A stretch of DNA of 64,000 nt, from NCBI GenBank assembly GCA_045586505.1, contig JAZNAL010000026.1, positions 11,345 through 75,344 on the forward strand. The letters are read 5' to 3'. Position numbers and translations under genes: made by a program. This DNA is from Candidatus Flemingiibacterium sp. (GTDB taxonomy: Bacteria; Bacillota; Clostridia; Oscillospirales; CAG-272). The notes under the pieces are model-generated. The model saw only the letters and a list, made by a program, of their open reading frames with translations. It did no database searches and was not told the origin of the DNA. Shown here piece after piece: positions 27,893 to 36,852 of the stretch. Numbering within the stretch: position 1 is the first letter of the stretch; every line of letters begins with the position of its first letter.

Positions 27893-27921
27893 TAGACAAG
27901 CTCACTAAAATGTGGTATAAT
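27893..27921 (+). promoter_or_regulatory. Sigma-A promoter heading the MBL-gltX-glnS array
   Basis: TAGACA (27893-27898), a 17-nt spacer, then TATAAT (27916-27921) with an extended TG. A second TGGTATAAT lies 14 nt downstream. Confidence 0.55.
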
Positions 27922-27972
27922 GTAGAGTGGTATAATATTTTGTACACTAAAACTACGGTGGTATCTTTAATT

Positions 27973-28608
27973 ATGAAGGTCTTGGTCCTGCCGCTCGGTA
28001 GAATGAGCACAAACTGTCTTATAGTATACGATGAAGCCACCCATATCGGCGCGGTGGTCGATCCCGGAGGCGAGGATTCGTCGGAGAGGATCGTCAACCG
28101 CTGTCTGGCGGACGGCATCGAGATAAAATACATTCTCCTGACCCACGCCCATTTCGATCATATGCTCTCGCTGGAAGCCCTGCGCGAGATGACGGGCGCG
28201 CCTCTGGCATTGCACTGCCATGATGCGGAGTCACTTACCGACCCGAATCTCACTTACATGGCTCAGTTTGCCGGGATCAGCACAGGATGCAACCCCGCAG
28301 AAATACTGCTCTCCGACGGAGATGTGATCGAGCTTGGAGAGACAAAGCTCACGGTCATGCATACCCCCGGTCACACCATGGGATCGGTATGCTATATGAC
28401 GGACGGTATCATCCTGACGGGCGACACTCTCTTTTCCGGCTCCATCGGCAGATGCGATCTGTACGGCGGTGACGACATGACAATGGAGGATTCGCTAAAG
28501 CGGCTTGTACGCCTTCCCGGCGACTACAAACTCTACCCCGGTCACGGCTCCACCACCACCCTATCCCGTGAGCGCGCAAACAACGTCTATTTAAAACATT
28601 TTGTATAA
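27973..28608 (+). CDS. MBL-fold metallo-hydrolase (glyoxalase II-like)
   Basis: MKVLVLPLG... with the metallo-beta-lactamase motif LTHAHFDH and a later HTPGHT. The track start at 27910 adds 21 unlikely residues. Confidence 0.8.
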   Translation: MKVLVLPLGRMSTNCLIVYDEATHIGAVVDPGGEDSSERIVNRCLADGIEIKYILLTHAHFDHMLSLEALREMTGAPLALHCHDAESLTDPNLTYMAQFAGISTGCNPAEILLSDGDVIELGETKLTVMHTPGHTMGSVCYMTDGIILTGDTLFSGSIGRCDLYGGDDMTMEDSLKRLVRLPGDYKLYPGHGSTTTLSRERANNVYLKHFV

Positions 28609-28631
28609 AGGTTCATGAAAGGAAAATCATA

Positions 28632-30317
28632 ATGGACAACAACTATTTAGCCGATTTGCTCTTTCCAAATATCAAAACGCTTCCCGAGGATATGGAAGCT
28701 CGTTATCCGAGGCGACAGCTCCCCGAGGGAGCTAAGGTAACACGTTTTGCCCCCAGCCCCACGGGATTTGTACACTTCGGCGGTCTGTTCCCCTCCACCG
28801 TCGGCGAAAGACTCGCTCACCAGAGCGGTGGTGTATTCTACCTCCGCATCGAGGACACCGATGCCAAGCGCGAGGTCGAGGGTGCTGCAGAGGGACTTAT
28901 AAAGACACTCGCCACCTACGGCATCAACTTCGACGAGGGTGCAATACTTGATGAAAACGGAAATGTTTCCGATCACGGCATATACGGCCCCTACAAGCAA
29001 AGCCAGCGCGGCGAGATATATCAGACCTACGCTAAGCAGCTTATCCGTGAGGGCAAGGCTTACCCCTGCTTCACCACTGAGGAGGAGCTTGAGGAATTAG
29101 CTCAGGTCAACAAGAAGGAAGAGCTCAAAAACACCGATTGGCAGGCAGAGGCAGAATCACGCCGCGCCGAGATGCTGGCTCGCCGCAATTTCACCATCAA
29201 AGAGGTGGAAGAGCATCTGAGGGCAGGTCACCCCTTCGTGGTTCGCATCCTCGCCGACGGTGATCCCGAAAAGAAGACCAAATTTACCGACCTTATCAAG
29301 GGCAATATCGAGGTGCCCGAGAATGACGAGGACTTCGTGCTTCTCAAATCAGACGGAATCCCCACCTACCACTTCGCACACGCTGTGGATGATCATCTAA
29401 TGGGCACCACCCACGTCATCCGCGGCGAGGAATGGCTTCCCAGTTTAGCTAAGCACATCATGCTGTTCCGCTTCCTCGGCTTCAAGCTGCCGAAGTATAT
29501 GCACATCGCGCAGATCATGATGCTTGACGAATCGGGAAACAAGAAGAAGCTTTCAAAGCGCGATATGGGCGCAAACATGGACGACTACACCCGCATGGGC
29601 TACTGCCCCGAGGCAGTGTGCGAGTACATCATGACCCTCCTCAACTCCAACTACGAGGAGTGGCATGCACAGAACGCGGATAAGCCCTATACCGACTTCC
29701 CGTTCAACATCAAGAAGATGTCCACCTCCGGCTGTCTCTTTGATTTTGACAAGCTGAATGACGTATCGAAGAACGTCATCTCCCGCATGGACGCGAAGAC
29801 GGTAACCGAAAAGGTCACCGAGTGGGCGCTTGCGTTTGATCCGGAGTTCGGGAAAGCTCTTGCGGCTGATCCCGCATTTACAGAGAAGATCTTCGCCATC
29901 GGCAGGGGCGGTAAGAAGCCGAGAAAAGACCTTGCCACATGGGCGGATGCAAAGCCTTACATGGGCTTCTTCTACGATGAGTTCTACGCTCTCCAGGATA
30001 CCATCCCCGAGACCTTCGCAAAGGACGACATCAAGGCTACCCTCTCGAAGTTCCTTGAGACCTACGATGCCGCAAGCGACATGAACGTATGGTTCGACAA
30101 GGTTAAGGCAATTGCCGACGAGCTGGGTTACGCTTCCGACATGAAGGCATACAAGGCTGATCCCACTGCATTCAAGGGCAGCGTTGCCGACATCAGCATG
30201 TTCATACGCGTTGCAGTCACCGGCAAGATGAACGCCCCCGATCTGTATACGGTTATGCAGATTCTTGGCAAGGACAAGACTGCCGAGAGAATAAACAAAA
30301 CTATTGCGTCGCTTTAA
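28632..30317 (+). CDS. gltX: Glutamate--tRNA ligase (long, 561-aa form)
   Basis: Class-I aaRS. The HIGH-region variant is FAPSPTGFVHFGG and the KMSKS-type loop is KLSKRD. The IEDTD block is typical of GluRS. Confidence 0.85.
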   Translation: MDNNYLADLLFPNIKTLPEDMEARYPRRQLPEGAKVTRFAPSPTGFVHFGGLFPSTVGERLAHQSGGVFYLRIEDTDAKREVEGAAEGLIKTLATYGINFDEGAILDENGNVSDHGIYGPYKQSQRGEIYQTYAKQLIREGKAYPCFTTEEELEELAQVNKKEELKNTDWQAEAESRRAEMLARRNFTIKEVEEHLRAGHPFVVRILADGDPEKKTKFTDLIKGNIEVPENDEDFVLLKSDGIPTYHFAHAVDDHLMGTTHVIRGEEWLPSLAKHIMLFRFLGFKLPKYMHIAQIMMLDESGNKKKLSKRDMGANMDDYTRMGYCPEAVCEYIMTLLNSNYEEWHAQNADKPYTDFPFNIKKMSTSGCLFDFDKLNDVSKNVISRMDAKTVTEKVTEWALAFDPEFGKALAADPAFTEKIFAIGRGGKKPRKDLATWADAKPYMGFFYDEFYALQDTIPETFAKDDIKATLSKFLETYDAASDMNVWFDKVKAIADELGYASDMKAYKADPTAFKGSVADISMFIRVAVTGKMNAPDLYTVMQILGKDKTAERINKTIASL

Positions 30318-30344
30318 AATCAAGCAACCGAAAGGAATATAAAA

Positions 30345-31997
30345 ATGGCTATCGAAGCATCAAACTTTATTGAAGAATTTATAAACGAAGACCTCGCCGA
30401 GGGCAAGGTCAACACCGTCCACACACGTTTCCCGCCGGAGCCTAACGGCTACCTGCACATCGGTCACTGCAAGGCACTTGCAATCGACTTTGGCACCGCT
30501 AAGAAGTACGGTGGTATGTGCAATCTCCGTATGGACGATACCAACCCCGCAAAGGAAGACACTGAATACGTCGACGCCATCAAGGAGGATATCCACTGGC
30601 TGGGCTTTGACTGGGAGGATCGCTTCTTCTACGGCTCCGACTACTTTGACAAGGACTACGAGTTTGCAGTTGAGCTTATCAAAAAGGGACTCGCATACGT
30701 GTGCGAGCTGACCGCCGATCAGATGGACGAATACCGCGGCGACCTTCAGAACCCCGCAAAATCCCCCTGGCGTGATCGTCCCATTGAGGAAAGCCTTGAT
30801 TTGTTCGAGCGCATGAAAAACGGTGAATTCCCGGACGGCAAGTACACCCTGCGCGCCAAGATCGATCTCGCATCGGGCAACTTTTGGATGCGTGACCCCG
30901 TAATCTACAGAATCAAGCATATGCACCATCACCGCCACGGTGACAAGTGGTGCATCTACCCCACCTACGACTTCGCTCATCCTATCCAGGACGCACTTGA
31001 GGGCATCACTCACTCGCTCTGCTCGCTGGAGTTTGAGATCCACCGTCCGCTTTACAACTGGGTAATCGAAAACGTCAGCGTTCCGCACAAGCCCCGTCAG
31101 ATCGAGTTTGCACGTCTCAACATCACAAATACCGTGCTGTCCAAGCGCTTCCTGCGCGGACTCGTGGAAAGCGGCCAGGTAGACGGCTGGGACGACCCCC
31201 GTATGCCCACACTGTGCGGTCTGCGCCGCCGTGGCTATACCGGCGCTTCCATCGTGGACTTCTGCGGACGCATCGGCGTTGCAAAGGCGGACAGCCTTGT
31301 TGACCTCCGCCTGCTTGAGGCCTGCATCCGTGACGAGCTCAACGAGACCGCTCCCCGCCGTGTTGCGGTACTTGATCCCATCAAGGTCGTGATCGACAAC
31401 TATCCCGAGGACAAGGTTGAAGAGTTCGAGCTTCCCAATCATCCTCAGCACCCTGAAATGGGCACTCGAAAGGTCAAGTTCACCCGCGAGCTGTATATCG
31501 ACGCCGAGGACTTCGCCGAGGTTCCGCCTCCCAAGTTCTTCCGCCTTAAGCCCGACGGTGAGGTTCGCCTCATGGGCGCTTATATCATAAGGTGCGGCGA
31601 GATCGTAAAGAACGCCGACGGTACCATCAAGGAGATCCACGCTACCGCCGATCTCGAAACGGGCAACGGCAATCCCGTGGACGGAAGAAAGATCAAGGGC
31701 ACCATCCACTGGCTGTCCGCTGACAACACTATGGATGCGGAAGTTGTTCTCTACGAGAATCTTCTTACACTCGAGGACCCGTCCAAGCTCCCCGAGGATA
31801 AGCAGTACACCGATTATATCAACCCCAACTCCAAGACCGTCATCAAAACAGCGAAATTGGAGCCTTCACTCGGCACCGCAAAGCCGGGCGACAGATTCCA
31901 GTTCGTCCGTTGCGGTTACTTCTCCGTTGACACAAAGAATCCCGGTGTATTCAACCGCGTTGTGACCTTAAAAGACGGCTACAAGCCCGCAAAATAA
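30345..31997 (+). CDS. glnS: Glutamine--tRNA ligase
   Basis: RFPPEPNGYLHIGHCKA (HIGH), VLSKRF (KMSKS), and a GlnRS-type C-terminal beta-barrel region. The protein is 550 aa. Confidence 0.92.
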   Translation: MAIEASNFIEEFINEDLAEGKVNTVHTRFPPEPNGYLHIGHCKALAIDFGTAKKYGGMCNLRMDDTNPAKEDTEYVDAIKEDIHWLGFDWEDRFFYGSDYFDKDYEFAVELIKKGLAYVCELTADQMDEYRGDLQNPAKSPWRDRPIEESLDLFERMKNGEFPDGKYTLRAKIDLASGNFWMRDPVIYRIKHMHHHRHGDKWCIYPTYDFAHPIQDALEGITHSLCSLEFEIHRPLYNWVIENVSVPHKPRQIEFARLNITNTVLSKRFLRGLVESGQVDGWDDPRMPTLCGLRRRGYTGASIVDFCGRIGVAKADSLVDLRLLEACIRDELNETAPRRVAVLDPIKVVIDNYPEDKVEEFELPNHPQHPEMGTRKVKFTRELYIDAEDFAEVPPPKFFRLKPDGEVRLMGAYIIRCGEIVKNADGTIKEIHATADLETGNGNPVDGRKIKGTIHWLSADNTMDAEVVLYENLLTLEDPSKLPEDKQYTDYINPNSKTVIKTAKLEPSLGTAKPGDRFQFVRCGYFSVDTKNPGVFNRVVTLKDGYKPAK

Positions 31998-32024
31998 ACT
32001 CCAAGTATTAAAAGGAGAAAGATA

Positions 32025-33983
32025 ATGAAAAAATTAGCAGTATTATTATGCACAGCCCTTCTTCTTTCGATGATTCCTCTGTCTGCATCGTCATATCCGA
32101 GAGCATTCTGGAGTCTCAACGACAAATACATCGCCGCAATTAACGCAGGCGATGATGCCGGCGTTGTCACCTACGCTACCCAGATCTGCACACTGTTTGA
32201 TGGACGCACAGATGAGATCGCAGTCAACAATTTAGCTTGGAAATACTATGAACTCGCCAACTCCCATGACCGTCTCGGCAACTACGAGGCGTCCGGGGAG
32301 GCTTATGCAAAATGCATACCCTATCTTGAGCTGCTTTCAACCTATGGTCAAAATTGGAGCGAAAATATCAAGATCGCCTCAACAAAGGCAAAGCTCTACG
32401 AAAGCACGCTTGACCTCTACCGTACATCCTACGGCTATCAGACCTACTTCGGCGCTATCAACGAAAAGCGTATGGGCGTTCTCTACGGCGTCAACCACGA
32501 CGGCGGCACCCAGGATCAGCTGAAAAAGGATTCGCTGGTGCTGATCTATCAGAATTTCGGTGACACCGAGATCATTCCGTTCAATAAGATCCAGCTCAAA
32601 GCCGCCGAAGAGGACGGCTGTGCGGTGGAGTTTGCACTCAATCTCCCCGGTGAGGGCTCTCAGATCACACAGATACAGTCTCAGACCGATTACATCTTAA
32701 AGGTCATAGATATGCTCAATTCCGTTGACACTCCGATCTTCCTGCGCTTTGCTGCGGAGATGGATGTATGGTCTGTTCCCTGTGCTCCCGAGGACTATAT
32801 AAACGCTTTCAGATATGTGGCAGACCTTGTTCATGCCAACACCGATCACGTTGCAATGGTATGGAGTCCCACCTACGCTTCCGGCTGGAACATCAACAGA
32901 CACGATTTCTATCCCGGTGATGAGTATGTAGACTGGATCGGCGTTTCGCTGTATCTTCAGACCTATTTCAACGCCCGCGACAACTGGTCCACACAGGAAA
33001 AGATCGCACTCCCCTGCTACTTCGGCGGCGATGCGGCAAATCCCGTAAAGATAATGGACGATCTCATCTCCACCTACGGTGACCGCAAACCTTTTATCAT
33101 CTCCGAGTCGGGCGCATCCCACCTGTGGCGCAGGCTGAACGGTCAGTCTGCAAGCCAGGACACCACCTCCTGGGCAATCCACAGACTTACAATGCTTTAC
33201 AAGTATCTTCCCATGGCGTATCCGCAAATCAAGGCTATCGCCCATTTTGATAAGGTTATGCCCTCCGAGAACTGCGACTTCGCGCTCTCCTCTAATCCGT
33301 CGCTTCAGATGACATACCTGGACCTCGTCAAGGATGACGCGTTCATTCAGAACTCTTACAATGACGAAGCAAATTCCACCTATCAGAAGTTGGAGGATTA
33401 CTTCCTCGCCGAGCAGTGCATCACGGAATTCCGTACTCTTGCGATGTACTACGGTCACGATAATGTTACCGTCACCTACCTTATCGACGGCGTGCCCGCG
33501 GCATCCAGCGCTATGCTTCCCTACACGGTCAGCATAGACCTTTCAAATTATGCCGAGGGTAATCATACCGTCACTATCCGCGCCGAGGAAAACGGCGTGA
33601 TTCTGGGCGAGCACAGCTACACCATGGCACTCTCAAAGTCCTCCGCAATCTATGTAAACGGCGAGCTTCTGGAGCTTCCGCAGAAGCCTGTTACCGTTGA
33701 GGGCACCACCCTCGTTCCGCTTCGCGCCATCGTCGAGAAGCTTGGCGGCAATGTAGAATGGATCAACGAGATCCGTGAGATCATCATCACTGACGCCGAG
33801 ACCGAGATCAAGCTCCGTATCGGAAGCTACGATATGATCACAAACGGTGAAACCTCAACTCTTCTTGTTCCCGCGCGACTCGTCAACTCCTCCACCTATA
33901 TCCCCCTGCGCGCGGTCTCTGAGGCAATGAAGGCAACAGTCGCATGGCATGGCGAAACAAGGTCCATAACCATCGATAAATAA
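32025..33983 (+). CDS. Secreted GH26-like glycoside hydrolase domain protein with a C-terminal copper-amine-oxidase-N-type (stalk) domain
   Basis: It has a signal peptide. The central segment FLRFAAEMDVW ... VDWIGVSLY ... IISESGASH resembles the GH26 RxxHEMNG / xEFG blocks. The C-terminal LVPLRAIVEKLGGNVEW and YIPLRAVSEAMKATVAW are typical stalk-domain repeats. Confidence 0.45.
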   Translation: MKKLAVLLCTALLLSMIPLSASSYPRAFWSLNDKYIAAINAGDDAGVVTYATQICTLFDGRTDEIAVNNLAWKYYELANSHDRLGNYEASGEAYAKCIPYLELLSTYGQNWSENIKIASTKAKLYESTLDLYRTSYGYQTYFGAINEKRMGVLYGVNHDGGTQDQLKKDSLVLIYQNFGDTEIIPFNKIQLKAAEEDGCAVEFALNLPGEGSQITQIQSQTDYILKVIDMLNSVDTPIFLRFAAEMDVWSVPCAPEDYINAFRYVADLVHANTDHVAMVWSPTYASGWNINRHDFYPGDEYVDWIGVSLYLQTYFNARDNWSTQEKIALPCYFGGDAANPVKIMDDLISTYGDRKPFIISESGASHLWRRLNGQSASQDTTSWAIHRLTMLYKYLPMAYPQIKAIAHFDKVMPSENCDFALSSNPSLQMTYLDLVKDDAFIQNSYNDEANSTYQKLEDYFLAEQCITEFRTLAMYYGHDNVTVTYLIDGVPAASSAMLPYTVSIDLSNYAEGNHTVTIRAEENGVILGEHSYTMALSKSSAIYVNGELLELPQKPVTVEGTTLVPLRAIVEKLGGNVEWINEIREIIITDAETEIKLRIGSYDMITNGETSTLLVPARLVNSSTYIPLRAVSEAMKATVAWHGETRSITIDK

Positions 33984-34011
33984 CACCGATTTTTAAAAAG
34001 GAGCAATACCA

Positions 34012-35289
34012 ATGGCATATAAGATCAATACAAACTGCGTACAGGCAGGCTACACCCCTGCAAACGGCGAAGCTCGCGTGCTTCCCATCTACCAGTCTAC
34101 TACCTTCAAATACGAGTCAAGCGAGCAGATGGGACGTCTTTTCGACCTCTCCGAGAGCGGCTACTTCTACACCCGTCTGCAGAATCCCACCAACGACGCC
34201 GTAGCGGCAAAGATCGCCGCACTTGAGGGCGGCGTTGCGGCAATGCTTACCTCGTCGGGTCAGGCGGCAACCTTCTTCTCGCTGTTCACCATACTCGGTG
34301 CAGGCGATCATATCGTTGCATCCTCCGCGATCTACGGCGGTAGCTTCAACCTCATCGCCGTAACCATGAAGCGTATGGGAATCGAAGCGACCTTTGTACA
34401 TCCCGACATTTCCGAGGAAGAGCTTGCGGCAACATTCCGACCTAACACCAAGGCTGTATTTGCCGAGACTCTTGCAAATCCTGCGCTTATCGTGCTTGAT
34501 ATCGAAAAATTCGCAAACCAGGCGCACGCGCACGGTGTTCCGCTTATCATCGACAACACCTTCCCCACCCCCATCAACTGCAACCCCTTCAAGTTCGGTG
34601 CGGACATCGTTATCCACTCCACCACAAAATACATGGACGGTCACGCAACCGCAGTCGGCGGCGTTATCGTTGATTCCGGCAACTTTGACTGGCTGGCACA
34701 CGCTGATAAGTATCCCGGACTCTGCACCCCCGATGATTCCTACCACGGCGTCACCTACGCCAAGGACTTCGGCAAGGGCGGATATATCACCAAGGCTACC
34801 GCACAGTTAATGCGCGACCTCGGATCTATCCAGTCTCCCCAGAATGCGTTCCTCTTAAACCTCGGTCTGGAAACACTTCATCTGCGTGTTGAGCGTCACT
34901 GTCAGAACGCTCAGAAGGTTGCCGAGTATCTCGAAGCCTCTGATAAGGTCACCTGGGTAAATTACCCCGGGCTCAAGTCAAGCAAGTATTACGACCTTGC
35001 AAAGAAATATCTCCCGAACGGCTCCTCTGGCGTTATCTCCTTTGGTGTCAAGGGTGGACGCGAGGCGGCTACCAAGTTCATGGACAGCTTAAAGCTTGGC
35101 GCCATCGTAACACACGTTGCGGACGCTCGCACCTGTCTCCTCCATCCCGCAAGCACTACCCACCGTCAAATGACCGATGAACAGCTTGCCGAAGCAGGCG
35201 TTCTGCCGGATCTCATCCGTCTCTCTGTCGGTATCGAGGATGTGGAGGACATCATCGCAGACCTTGAGCAGGCGCTCGCACAAATGTAA
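34012..35289 (+). CDS. metY: O-acetylhomoserine sulfhydrylase (aminocarboxypropyltransferase), PLP-dependent
   Basis: Cys/Met-metabolism PLP family. The N-terminus reads PIYQSTTFKYES. The PLP-Lys region is HSTTKYMDGH. The C-terminus reads LIRLSVGIEDVEDIIADLEQAL. Confidence 0.9.
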   Translation: MAYKINTNCVQAGYTPANGEARVLPIYQSTTFKYESSEQMGRLFDLSESGYFYTRLQNPTNDAVAAKIAALEGGVAAMLTSSGQAATFFSLFTILGAGDHIVASSAIYGGSFNLIAVTMKRMGIEATFVHPDISEEELAATFRPNTKAVFAETLANPALIVLDIEKFANQAHAHGVPLIIDNTFPTPINCNPFKFGADIVIHSTTKYMDGHATAVGGVIVDSGNFDWLAHADKYPGLCTPDDSYHGVTYAKDFGKGGYITKATAQLMRDLGSIQSPQNAFLLNLGLETLHLRVERHCQNAQKVAEYLEASDKVTWVNYPGLKSSKYYDLAKKYLPNGSSGVISFGVKGGREAATKFMDSLKLGAIVTHVADARTCLLHPASTTHRQMTDEQLAEAGVLPDLIRLSVGIEDVEDIIADLEQALAQM

Positions 35290-35290
35290 C

Positions 35291-35584
35291 ATGAAGGAAT
35301 TAAACTGCCTCCGATGCGGGGAAAAGATGCAGTTCCTGTCGCAGGAAAAGCTGCAGCTCGGAAAAACCGGCTGGGTGCTCGGCGACCTTCCGAATCTGCT
35401 GGCGGGTGCGCTTGATGTATGTATTCTTGTGTGTCCGTGCTGTAAAAAGCTCGAGTTTTACTACGCCAACGATGACGACATCGCCGCGGACTCACTCCCG
35501 CAGAAGATATGTCCGAACTGCGGCACCGAGCATGATTTCGATTATCCCAAATGCCCCAAATGCAAGCACGATTATTATAAATAA
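35291..35584 (+). CDS. Small (97 aa) double zinc-ribbon-like protein of unknown function
   Basis: The ATG lies 1 nt after the metY stop, with no separate SD, so it is probably translationally coupled. There are four Cys pairs: CLRC, CPCC, CPNC and CPKC. The track ORF at 35177 is an out-of-context 5' extension overlapping metY. Confidence 0.55.
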   Translation: MKELNCLRCGEKMQFLSQEKLQLGKTGWVLGDLPNLLAGALDVCILVCPCCKKLEFYYANDDDIAADSLPQKICPNCGTEHDFDYPKCPKCKHDYYK

Positions 35585-35620
35585 TAAATCTCGGAGCGAA
35601 TCAACGCCCTTGATCTATGC

Positions 35621-35656
35621 AAAAAATGCGACCTCATATTGTAAGGTCGCATTTTT
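35621..35656. terminator. Bidirectional intrinsic terminator (zinc-ribbon ORF + / kinase-fusion gene -)
   Basis: AAAAAA-TGCGACC-tcatattgtaa-GGTCGCA-TTTTT. The hairpin includes the last codons and the stop of the minus-strand gene. Confidence 0.8.
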
Positions 35657-36710
35657 CTCTTATTCCGAATGTATCAAAGTATCGCTCCTCCATCGGGATC
35701 CATTCGTTTTTGAAACGGCTCAGCATATACTCACCGTTTCGCGCAAGAATACGCCGGCACTGCTCGTCTGTGTCCACATCCGAGAAGATCGCCATATCGT
35801 AATATTTCCCGAATGAGGGATGAAGTGAGTATGAGCCCTCGCAGATGATGAGCTTTGAAGGTGCAATATACCGCGGCTTGTCGGCATAGGTGAAGGTGGA
35901 GCACTCAAACGCACGGTATGAAAACCCGCCCAAATCCCGAAGATGAGGAAGCACCTCCGAGGCAAACCGCTCACGGTGCAGATTGCCACCTACCTCCGAA
36001 AGCCGCTGGGGATTACGCAATTCGGGTGGCAGAAAGAAATCGTCCATTCGCACGGTTTCGGCGCCGAAAATATCAGATATAAGCGCCGCAGCGGTGGATT
36101 TGCCCGATGCACAGCGTCCGTCAATAGCAAGCACGGTACGCTCCGCCCCTCGAATCAGCTCCGCGAGCCTTACAAGGCATGGTATCAGCCGCACATAATG
36201 GCTGTCGATCACACGATATGTAGGTGCATACGCTTCACGGTATGTGTCGCTGTGACTTACCGCAGGGCATCCTGCCGAGCGGTACTTGTTTATATACTCG
36301 GCAAGCTCGCAAGGCGTAAACGAAAAATACCCCTCCGCCGTAGCTTCGCTGAGTATGCAAAGCCGCTCATAGAATTTCCGCCGCGACTTCTCATCGGCAT
36401 CCGTATATCCCCGCGCATAGCGCCCTGCAGAAGCGCAGAACATCCGCGCGATCAGCTCAAGCTCCGTAGCGGACAGCTCACAGTCAAGATATACCCGCGA
36501 GGTGTCACCAAGTGTCTCCACGTGGAGTTTACCTCTGCTGTGCTTTGCGGCAGAATATTCAGAAACAATGCGTCGATGCGCCTCCTCGGCATCGGTAATC
36601 ATATGCCCGCCGCCAAAGGTCGCCTGATAGACGAGCTTTACCGCATCGCAGGGCTGCATAAGCGGATATGCGTCGGCGTGGGAGGCAAGAATGCTTTTAA
36701 ACCCGATCAT
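35634..36710 (-). CDS. Fusion protein: unknown N-terminal domain (about 180 aa) plus a uridine-kinase-family P-loop nucleoside/nucleotide kinase domain
   Basis: AAAGGA lies 7 nt upstream. The P-loop is AIDGRCASGKST, followed by MDDFFLP and LIICEGSY, as in Udk/NRK-type kinases. I did not recognise the N-terminal part (PLMQPCDAVKLVYQATFGGGH). Confidence 0.6.
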   Translation of the reverse strand: MIGFKSILASHADAYPLMQPCDAVKLVYQATFGGGHMITDAEEAHRRIVSEYSAAKHSRGKLHVETLGDTSRVYLDCELSATELELIARMFCASAGRYARGYTDADEKSRRKFYERLCILSEATAEGYFSFTPCELAEYINKYRSAGCPAVSHSDTYREAYAPTYRVIDSHYVRLIPCLVRLAELIRGAERTVLAIDGRCASGKSTAAALISDIFGAETVRMDDFFLPPELRNPQRLSEVGGNLHRERFASEVLPHLRDLGGFSYRAFECSTFTYADKPRYIAPSKLIICEGSYSLHPSFGKYYDMAIFSDVDTDEQCRRILARNGEYMLSRFKNEWIPMEERYFDTFGIREKCDLTI

Positions 36711-36720
36711 ATAAATCCTT

Positions 36721-36852
36721 TCAGTTATCCGCGATCAGCTTTGCCGTTTGAGCGCAATCACGATCAGCGGTATCAGTCCACTCACGCAGTACGGCGATAA
36801 GCTTTGCTCCTATCCTGCCGCCCTGACCGTCGATTATAACTGTCTTCTTCAT
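36721..36852 (-). CDS. 43-codon ORF resembling only the N-terminus of DUF3842-type proteins (possible gene remnant)
   Basis: The ATG overlaps the amidohydrolase stop in TAATG. MKKTVIIDGQGGRIGAKLIAVLRE resembles, from memory, the M-x-I-x-VIDGQGGGIG start of DUF3842 proteins, which are about 120-140 aa. Here the ORF stops after 43 codons. Confidence 0.35.
   Translation of the reverse strand: MKKTVIIDGQGGRIGAKLIAVLREWTDTADRDCAQTAKLIADN

Noticed and set aside
27914-27936. A duplicated TGGTATAAT motif, which could indicate two tandem extended -10 boxes.
   Set aside because: Only the first has an acceptable -35 at 17 nt. The second may be incidental. It is noted in the promoter feature and not treated as a separate element.
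30360-31709. A 449-aa ORF antisense to glnS. Similar long antisense ORFs lie at 29553-30323, 42032-43048, 55006-56001, 43656-44633, 13573-14484, 17661-18527, 16372-17229, 35943-36800 and 32697-33458.
   Set aside because: Each lies entirely opposite a gene with strong family motifs. None has an RBS, and their composition is low-complexity and Gly/Arg/Val-rich, as is typical of the stop-poor antisense frame of codon-biased genes.
33984-34011. A SAM riboswitch or T-box upstream of metY. The same check was made for a T-box upstream of gltX at 28609-28631 and glnS at 30318-30344.
   Set aside because: These intergenic gaps are 23-28 nt, far too short for either element.
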